A DNA stretch of 58,140 nt, taken from contig CAZMZT010000004.1 of NCBI GenBank assembly GCA_964571085.1, positions 1-58,140 on the forward strand, read 5' to 3'. Below the pieces are notes generated by a model. It ran no database searches. It worked only from the letters and a program-made list of their open reading frames with translations, and was not told the DNA's origin. A program made the position numbers and the translations under genes. The stretch is from an uncultured Candidatus Saccharibacteria bacterium (lineage in GTDB: Bacteria; Patescibacteriota; Minisyncoccia; Phycocordibacterales; UBA9973). This document shows positions 28,128 through 34,401 of the stretch, piece by piece (position 1 is the stretch's first letter; every line of letters starts with the position of its first letter).

Positions 28128-28149
28128 AGTTAATACCGAAAAGTTTAGA

Positions 28150-28180
28150 ATGGAGCCTTCACAAGGGGCTCCATTTATTT
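28150..28180 (+). terminator. rho-independent terminator
   Basis: ATGGAGCC / GGCTCCAT stem followed by TTTATTT. Confidence 0.7.
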
Positions 28181-28190
28181 ATATAAATCC

Positions 28191-28229
28191 AAAAATAAAA
28201 AAGGTTCTCTGCCTGAGCAGAGAACCTTT
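28191..28229 (-). terminator. rho-independent terminator of the oxidoreductase gene
   Basis: AAGGTTCTCTGC-CTGA-GCAGAGAACCTT. The T-run on the minus strand is the complement of AAAAATAAAAAA. Confidence 0.8.
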
Positions 28230-28249
28230 CAGTCTTCTTCTTATTTATT

Positions 28250-29401
28250 TTATTCCCAATCAGTTCCCTTCACTATCTTCTGAGTAAAGGCCGGCGATGT
28301 TGCCACACCCATACCGTTGCAGCAGTGGATCACATGGACGTGTTTACCTATGTCGTAAACCATAGGCTCCTTTTCTTTGTTAAACACCATGGTCCGTGCC
28401 CAGCGATCAACGATGGTGTACTTCTTGCCCTTGAGGATATGGTTCTGTAGAAACATCTCCAGGTCATTCTGGATCTTGCTTGATATCTCAAGTGACACAG
28501 TCTCTTCTTCTTCAAATGCAATATTCCTGGCACCACCGATCAAGACCCTCTCACCGATATTTCGGGCGTAGTAGAAACCTTTATCAAAATGAAAAGTACC
28601 ATCAAGCTTCAGATCGGGTATAGGAGAGGTCACAAGCACCTGTCCCCTGGCAGGCCACAGATGAGACTTGGCAAACAAGCTCCCGATAGAACCCCCAGCT
28701 GCTATAAATACCTGTTTGGCATAGAAGTTGACACTTTGTCGTCCGGTAAAAATTATTACCTGGTTTTTTTCTTCATAAAAACCGGTAACATCAACACCAG
28801 ACTGTATCTGAACCCCCATCTCTAAAACCTTTTCTTTGAGTTTGAGGACGAGTTTCCCAGAATGCAGACTTCCTTCAAGTCCGTTCTCTATGATATCTGT
28901 AAAACCAGTGATCCCCATTTCATCCAACTTCTTAGGGTTGGCAAAGGTAAATGTTTCTTCTCTCTTTGTGATCACGGAGAGTTTTTCATTCAGGCTGTGA
29001 ATCTTGGTTTGGAGTCCTTCCTGAGCAGAAAGGTTTAAACATTCGTATCCTCCGCACTGGCTGTAGTCGATAACATCATCACCGATGATAGCTCTGATCA
29101 TGGATATGCCTCTATACCTCATATCCACAATCTCCAGCATTTTCTCTTCGGTCATTGATTCGAGGTCAGAGAGTAGCTCTGTAGCACTCCCAAAGCAGGC
29201 AAAACCTGCATTGCCGACAGAAGCTCCGGACGGGCTTGCATCTCTTTCGAGGATTAGTACTTTTTTGTGTGGATATTTAGTTTTAGAGTTGAAGGCAGTC
29301 CAGAGACCCACAAGCCCAGAACCGATAATGATGATGTCTGCATCTACAGACATGAGACTCTTTTGCCAAAAGGAAAAGATCGGGATTTGTTTGTTTGTCA
29401 T
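28250..29401 (-). CDS. FAD-dependent oxidoreductase (DAO family)
   Basis: Dinucleotide fold DIIIIGSGLVGLWTAF; 383 aa. Confidence 0.85.
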   Translation of the reverse strand: MTNKQIPIFSFWQKSLMSVDADIIIIGSGLVGLWTAFNSKTKYPHKKVLILERDASPSGASVGNAGFACFGSATELLSDLESMTEEKMLEIVDMRYRGISMIRAIIGDDVIDYSQCGGYECLNLSAQEGLQTKIHSLNEKLSVITKREETFTFANPKKLDEMGITGFTDIIENGLEGSLHSGKLVLKLKEKVLEMGVQIQSGVDVTGFYEEKNQVIIFTGRQSVNFYAKQVFIAAGGSIGSLFAKSHLWPARGQVLVTSPIPDLKLDGTFHFDKGFYYARNIGERVLIGGARNIAFEEEETVSLEISSKIQNDLEMFLQNHILKGKKYTIVDRWARTMVFNKEKEPMVYDIGKHVHVIHCCNGMGVATSPAFTQKIVKGTDWE

Positions 29402-29528
29402 ACTGTTTGATTTTTTTTCATACTAAAACAAAATCTGTGATTAGTCAATTTGACAGATATTTATAAATTGGTACCATTTTATATAGCTCTTTTCTCATCT
29501 GAGGGTTAAGATTAATACAGATCACAAA

Positions 29529-29555
29529 GCCCCCTGTTTCCACAGGGGGCTTTTT
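29529..29555. terminator. hairpin terminator between DUF4382 gene and oxidoreductase gene
   Basis: GCCCCCTG-TTTCCA-CAGGGGGC followed by TTTTT on the plus strand. Confidence 0.7.
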
Positions 29556-29576
29556 ATATATACAAGACTTCTTTAT

Positions 29577-30467
29577 TTACTGTCCTAACTTTATTCCCCC
29601 ACTCACATCTGTGTCTGTGTTGACTGCTGGACTCTGCACATCTATTTCTGCTTTAGGACCCAGATATCCACCTACTTCGATAGAGTTTGGAATCTTGATA
29701 TCAACTTTTGATTCATTTGAAGTCTCTACTGGTTCTGATTTATTAGATGTGTATAGTTCTCCACCGAGGATAAACTTTACTTCAGTATCTGTCGATGACT
29801 CTATCATCAAGCTCTTGCCTGTGATCAGCTCGAAGTTTGCTCGTGACTTGCCTGATAGGTCCATACCCACACTAGTAGTGCCATCAGTAGAACCCTCTCC
29901 TACTACTACGACTCCATCTGTGACAGTAACTGTGGCTTTACTACCGTAGTCTGCCTTTACCACAGGAGCGAACACATAGTCCCCGTCTGAAGTTATGTGT
30001 AGTGATTTATCTGCGAGGAAATCAAGCCCTATGTATGCAGAGCCCTTACTCTTTGTGTTTAGTTCTGAGTCTATAACTATATACGCACTTGGCACGACTG
30101 CCTTCACATCACCGCTTGCCTTGGTGCGAACAACAGTGTCGCCTAGAGTTACGCGGACTTTGTCGTATGAATCGACAGGGACTTTGGCTTTGGTATAGAG
30201 CTTGGTCTCGCCACTTGCTTTGAGTGCTAGTAGTGAGTATAACTTTGAGTTAGATGATGCAGTCACCCAGCCGTTCTCTACGCTGTGAACCTCTACTTTG
30301 TTTATAGACATGTCTATGTCTGTCACACCGCTTATGTCTGCGGTGGCGTCTGTTATACCAATATATAGAGTGCTTGAATTCTTGCGATCATTCTCGTACT
30401 TGTAGAGCCCCAATATTATAACTAGTGCCAACAACACCCCTACTACCATTCCTGTTGTTCCTTTCAT
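29577..30467 (-). CDS. DUF4382-like membrane-anchored protein
   Basis: N-terminal TM helix; LYIGITDATADISGVTDIDMSINKVEVHS..WV...LYSLLAL pattern recalled for DUF4382. Confidence 0.65.
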   Translation of the reverse strand: MKGTTGMVVGVLLALVIILGLYKYENDRKNSSTLYIGITDATADISGVTDIDMSINKVEVHSVENGWVTASSNSKLYSLLALKASGETKLYTKAKVPVDSYDKVRVTLGDTVVRTKASGDVKAVVPSAYIVIDSELNTKSKGSAYIGLDFLADKSLHITSDGDYVFAPVVKADYGSKATVTVTDGVVVVGEGSTDGTTSVGMDLSGKSRANFELITGKSLMIESSTDTEVKFILGGELYTSNKSEPVETSNESKVDIKIPNSIEVGGYLGPKAEIDVQSPAVNTDTDVSGGIKLGQ

Positions 30468-30595
30468 ATATTAAAAAAATTAGCTGTTAAATACCTTATA
30501 ATTATATATCAAGGAAAATAATTTGCACAATAGTCAAACATGTTGTATAGTGCAAATTAAGTAAACCCAAATTCTGAACCATAAAAACCAAGACC

Positions 30596-31159
30596 ATGAC
30601 ATCCCCGACATACCTAGACTTTACGAGTCCCTATGTAGAAGTTGCTTTTGTAAAAAATGGATTCATTTGGAGTGATATTTTTACCAAGCCCTTCCCTATT
30701 GATCGATTTAATAAAGGAGTAGGTAGCGTTATACTCTCGCACTACTTCTATACGAAAAAAATGAATTTCAGAACAAAGGCAGGATTTAAAGAACGCCAGT
30801 GTATCATTGCAAACAAAGAATTCTATCTTGCATACCCAAAAAGTAAAGTAGATGCTCTGGTTGCACTGTGTGAATTTTTAACACAATTTAACTTGCGTGT
30901 GAGAAATTTTACTTTTCAGGTAAAAAAACACGATGAAGTTCCTTTTGATACAGAGTTGTCGCCTTTTTCTGTTTATTACAAAAAACCTGTATTGCCTCTA
31001 ATTGACAAGAAAAAGGGAGTGCTGTTTATAAATTTGGAACAGAACTTGTTTAGTAAAATCTGTCACTATCAAAATGGTAAGATCACAGAGGTACCAGCTA
31101 AACCGCAGGTTGTTATGTTCCCATGCTCTACATTCTCAGGCTTATCGCTACATACATAA
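30596..31159 (+). CDS. hypothetical protein
   Basis: 187-aa ORF with no recognisable family. Confidence 0.5.
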   Translation: MTSPTYLDFTSPYVEVAFVKNGFIWSDIFTKPFPIDRFNKGVGSVILSHYFYTKKMNFRTKAGFKERQCIIANKEFYLAYPKSKVDALVALCEFLTQFNLRVRNFTFQVKKHDEVPFDTELSPFSVYYKKPVLPLIDKKKGVLFINLEQNLFSKICHYQNGKITEVPAKPQVVMFPCSTFSGLSLHT

Positions 31160-31235
31160 AAACACCTCATCGTTCTTTTTTGGTTTTGTTGGTTTTTGTT
31201 TAGTATCTGGTTGAATTAAATCAACTAAATACAGA

Positions 31236-31267
31236 AGTCTGCTCTGTTTCTACAGGCAGACTTTTTA
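31236..31267 (+). terminator. rho-independent terminator
   Basis: AGTCTGC..CTGT / ACAG GCAGACT stem followed by TTTTT. Confidence 0.7.
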
Positions 31268-31302
31268 TTTGACAAAATATTTATTTAGAGTAGTATCTAA
31301 AT

Positions 31303-31457
31303 TAACGAACATTGGGTTAGTAAACGGTATTGCCTAATAAACCCTTAGGGCATGCTTTCATTCCACAGATAAGGGATTTAACCGCCGTAATAGGCGCAAC
31401 AAAAGGGGTGATATTTCCCCTAACCAGCTGCTTCCGGTCCTCGGAAGCAGTTTTTTT
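31303..31457 (+). ncRNA. candidate small RNA (promoter and terminator, no credible ORF)
   Basis: Promoter TTGACA(31269-31274)-16-TAGTAT(31291-31296). Terminator CTGCTTCCG-GTCCT-CGGAAGCAG plus T7 (31428-31457). Long-range pairing GGTTAG (31315-31320) / CTAACC (31420-31425). Local hairpins CGCC-GTAATA-GGCG and GGGG-TGATATTT-CCCC. Confidence 0.4.
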
Positions 31458-31459
31458 GT

Positions 31460-31488
31460 TTGACAGAAGGCAAAAACTGATATATAGT
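31460..31488 (+). promoter_or_regulatory. promoter TTGACA-17-TATAGT for the LuxR-type gene
   Basis: Hexamers at 31460-31465 and 31483-31488, directly after the preceding terminator. Confidence 0.55.
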
Positions 31489-31529
31489 TTGGAAAAATTA
31501 TCGACAAACCAAAAATTAAATTGAACGTT

Positions 31530-32207
31530 ATGCTAAACACAGGCACTATTACGACTATCGGCATTGCTGATTGCAGGATTCTGTTTTGTTTTGGACTGAG
31601 AAGCCTTCTAATGAAACAATCAGGTATTGAAGTAAAACTTGAAACAAACAAAATCTCTAAACTAAATCAGTACCTGGAACAATCCAGCATTGATATATTG
31701 TTGTTCAACTTTTACATGCCTAAGAAGGAAAAAATTCTGATGGTAGAAAACATAAGGACCACCTACCCTGCTACCAAGGTAATCCTTATGCTCGAAAAAG
31801 AAGAAGAGAGCGATAAATTGTTTATCGCAGGTCTTATGAAAGCAGGAGCCAGTTCTTGCTTATCAAGCTCTTCCTCTACAGAGTTAATATCAGAAGCTAT
31901 TAAAGTATTGGCAAGTGAAGATTTCTACTTCAGCAAAATCGTCAATGATGCTTTACTCTACGACAGGGTAAACAAAAAACCAAAAGGTCCAGTTTTCAGC
32001 GACAAAGAGATGGAGATTATAACTCTTTTCTTCAATGATATGGATACTGCTGAAATAGCAGAAGTTTTAGGAATAAGTAGCCGTACTGTCGAAAAAAGAC
32101 GAGTTGAGATTAAGAAGAAAGTCGGAGTCAAAACCATCGGAGGAATGGTGAAAAAATTAGTGGAATTGGGTGTAGTGGATAATGAAATTTTAGAAGAAGT
32201 GGTTTAA
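31530..32207 (+). CDS. LuxR/NarL-type response regulator with a degenerate (non-phosphorylatable-looking) receiver domain
   Basis: C-terminal HTH (FSDKEMEIITLFFNDMDTAEIAEVLGISSRTVEKRRVEIKKKVG). The receiver-like N-terminus has DILLFNFYMP where the phospho-acceptor Asp is expected. ATG 31530 is preferred over TTG 31521. Confidence 0.75.
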   Translation: MLNTGTITTIGIADCRILFCFGLRSLLMKQSGIEVKLETNKISKLNQYLEQSSIDILLFNFYMPKKEKILMVENIRTTYPATKVILMLEKEEESDKLFIAGLMKAGASSCLSSSSSTELISEAIKVLASEDFYFSKIVNDALLYDRVNKKPKGPVFSDKEMEIITLFFNDMDTAEIAEVLGISSRTVEKRRVEIKKKVGVKTIGGMVKKLVELGVVDNEILEEVV

Positions 32208-32236
32208 CCGCAAGCATATAACTTTATAAAATACGA

Positions 32237-32266
32237 CTGCTTCCGAAGAATCGGGAGCAGTTTTTT
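32237..32266 (+). terminator. rho-independent terminator
   Basis: CTGCTTCCG-AAGAAT-CGGGAGCAG followed by TTTTTT. The stem sequence is the same as in terminator 31428-31450. Confidence 0.8.
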
Positions 32267-32329
32267 ATTATTCAAATACTTGTAAATATTGCGATATTTT
32301 GCTATTTTACAAGAGTGCTTATAAGTATT

Positions 32330-32401
32330 GGCCTCATCGTCTAACGGTTAGGACAGCGGGTTCTCAATCCGCTAATCGGAGTTCGATTCTCCGTGAGGTC
32401 A
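32330..32401 (+). tRNA. tRNA-Glu (anticodon CUC), no encoded CCA
   Basis: Hand-folded cloverleaf. Acceptor GGCCTCA/TGAGGTC; D arm GTCT-AACGGTTA-GGAC; anticodon arm GCGGG-TTCTCAA-TCCGC; T arm GGAGT-TCGATTC-TCCGT. Confidence 0.85.
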
Positions 32402-32407
32402 CCGCGA

Positions 32408-32436
32408 CAAAAAACCCCAACTGCTTGGGGTTTTTT
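32408..32436. terminator. bidirectional rho-independent terminator
   Basis: CCCCAA-CTGC-TTGGGG with an A7 run and a T6 run. The outer arms ACCGCG / CGCGGT extend the hairpin to 32401-32446. Confidence 0.8.
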
Positions 32437-32584
32437 GCTACGCGGTGAAGCCACAGTCATGTTGCTTTGCAACAGACGAGGCGGGGTCGCGAACACTTTG
32501 CAGAATTGGAGCGAAGCGAACAATTATGCTTAGTGATTCGTGATCACCAATTTCGACCGAAAGCGTACTCGCATTTCTCCGGCT

Positions 32585-32614
32585 GGAAAATTTGCTTTTG
32601 ACGGAAAGCAAATT
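32585..32614 (-). terminator. rho-independent terminator of glnA
   Basis: AATTTGCTTT / AAAGCAAATT 10-bp stem, then TTTTCC on the minus strand. Confidence 0.7.
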
Positions 32615-32632
32615 ATTGTGGCTCAAGGATTT

Positions 32633-34060
32633 TTAAAAATTATACCAAAGCACTTGGTTGGTGACTTCGTGGTGGTAGATGACCTCGGAGGTCTTGATGG
32701 TGGTGCCTAGGGCCTTGGGACTGCGGTCGGCGGCCATTTGCTTGTAGTCGGCATACTTTTCTTGGTTCTCCTTGCCCAATATCTTCTCCATGAAGTCGCT
32801 TGCTTTGAAGAGCTTGATGGCGTCGTTGATGTTGTCTGGGAGGACTCGGACTCTGTCCCTCTTGTCCTTGTCTTTGACTAGTGGCTTCCCTTCTAGGCCT
32901 GTGCGGACTATAGTGTAGAGTGCTAGGTATGGGTTGGAGTCCGGAGCTACAGAGCGCACCTCGATGCGTGTAGAGCGCTCGTTGCCTACTGGGATCCGGA
33001 TCATGGAGCCTCGGTCTATTGGTGAGACTTTGATCTGGTTTGGGGCCTCGAAGTGAGGGTCCAGGCGACGGTAGGAATTCACACTAGAGTTCAGGGTCAG
33101 GCACATCTCTGGTGCGTGGTTGAGTATCTTCCAGACGAAGCTCCAGGCAGTGTCGGAGAGTCCGTCTTTGCCAGACTTGCTGTAGAAGATATTCTTGCCG
33201 TTCTTTGAGAGTGAAATGTTGGTATGCATTCCAGAGCCGTTGATGCCGACAAATGGTTTGGGTAGGAATGAAGCTGTCATTCCCATACTGTTGGCTACCT
33301 GGCGACAGACGAGCTTGTAGAGCTGGATGTTGTCGCAAGCACGGAGCACGTCGGAGTATGAGAAGTTCATCTCAAACTGTGAAGGTGCTACCTCGGGGTG
33401 GTCCTTCTCGTTCTTGAAGCCCATCGCTCGCTGAGCCTCGGCGGCCTTGTCGATGAATTGGCGGAGCCTGTCGAGTGGCAGAGAGTGATAGTAGCCTCCG
33501 GTAGATATAAGCTTGAAAGTCCGCTCAGCGTATTCTTGCTCGGCGTTTACGCCATCGACTATAAAGCCCTCTACCTCGGCTGAGGCATAGACTGTGAGGC
33601 CTTGCTTCTTCTTGAGCATCTGAGCGTACTGCTTGAGCTGACCACGGAAGTCCGACATGTAAGGCTGGCGGTTGCGGTCGAGAACATCCACAAACATCAC
33701 TACTTTCCCAGGGCCGAAGATGTCGGCTGGAAGGAAGCGAATACTCCCCCAGTCGATAGAGAGGCGCAGATCGGACTCGTGCTGTTGCGAGAACCCACGG
33801 ATAGATGAACCATCAAATGTAAGGTTGTTGGCAGAGTCGAGCAAGAACTTCTTGTCATAGTCGAGCATGTGGAACCGGCCTTCTAGGTCGGTAAAGCAAA
33901 GGGTGACTGCTTTGATCCTTTTCTCCTTTTCTAAATATAATCTATACTCCTTCTCGAGTACGGCTTCGGACTTGTTGCTCTCTTGATTCTTCAGATTCAT
34001 AACCTCTAGCTCATCATAAGAAACCTCTAGGAAATTCTTCAACTCTTTGTTGTTTACCAT
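32633..34060 (-). CDS. glnA: glutamine synthetase (GlnA family)
   Basis: FDGSSIRGF, KDHPEVAPSQFE, NGSGMHTNISL and NSYRRL blocks. Visibly more GC-rich than its neighbours. Confidence 0.92.
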   Translation of the reverse strand: MVNNKELKNFLEVSYDELEVMNLKNQESNKSEAVLEKEYRLYLEKEKRIKAVTLCFTDLEGRFHMLDYDKKFLLDSANNLTFDGSSIRGFSQQHESDLRLSIDWGSIRFLPADIFGPGKVVMFVDVLDRNRQPYMSDFRGQLKQYAQMLKKKQGLTVYASAEVEGFIVDGVNAEQEYAERTFKLISTGGYYHSLPLDRLRQFIDKAAEAQRAMGFKNEKDHPEVAPSQFEMNFSYSDVLRACDNIQLYKLVCRQVANSMGMTASFLPKPFVGINGSGMHTNISLSKNGKNIFYSKSGKDGLSDTAWSFVWKILNHAPEMCLTLNSSVNSYRRLDPHFEAPNQIKVSPIDRGSMIRIPVGNERSTRIEVRSVAPDSNPYLALYTIVRTGLEGKPLVKDKDKRDRVRVLPDNINDAIKLFKASDFMEKILGKENQEKYADYKQMAADRSPKALGTTIKTSEVIYHHEVTNQVLWYNF

Positions 34061-34144
34061 AGTTTTTAGGTTAATTTAGTAAGGATTTAATATAAAAATA
34101 TATCAAACTAATCTAATTATATAGTATTTTAATTTAAATAGTGG

Positions 34145-34153
34145 TGTGGATAA
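34145..34153 (-). promoter_or_regulatory. perfect DnaA box (TGTGGATAA on plus strand)
   Basis: Exact 9-mer in the glnA upstream region. Confidence 0.45.
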
Positions 34154-34167
34154 CTTAAATAAGTATT

Positions 34168-34401
34168 TTATGGTTCAACTGTTTCCAGACCATCTAGAGC
34201 GTCCCCCATTTCTTCGTAAGAACTCCATTCATAATATTGAGCATCTTCTATGTTTGAGTTTGCTTGCGATAATGCATCTTCATATGAAGATAATTCATCC
34301 TTTAGTGATTCTATTTCGGCCCTAGAATCACGACTATTACTTGAAGAAATAAGTGAAGATATAAATAATATAATTATTAACAAATAGGAAAAATTTTTCA
34401 T
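34168..34401 (-). CDS. small secreted or anchored acidic protein, translationally coupled to the R-M gene
   Basis: MKNFSYLLIIILFISSLISSSNS followed by an acidic helical region. Its ATG overlaps the upstream TGA (ATGA). Confidence 0.5.
   Translation of the reverse strand: MKNFSYLLIIILFISSLISSSNSRDSRAEIESLKDELSSYEDALSQANSNIEDAQYYEWSSYEEMGDALDGLETVEP

Noticed and set aside
31371-31400. Resemblance of AACCGCC-hairpin to a fluoride (crcB-motif) riboswitch.
   Set aside because: The upstream GGnGAUG..CC pseudoknot partner and the downstream GAUGA..CCUAC elements are not present.
31330-31524. 64-aa TTG-initiated ORF across the candidate sRNA.
   Set aside because: It has a non-ATG start and no SD, and it spans the terminator and the next promoter.
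32341-32626. Minus-strand ORFs 32341-32523 and 32438-32626.
   Set aside because: They overlap tRNA-Glu and two terminators and have no coding-like composition.
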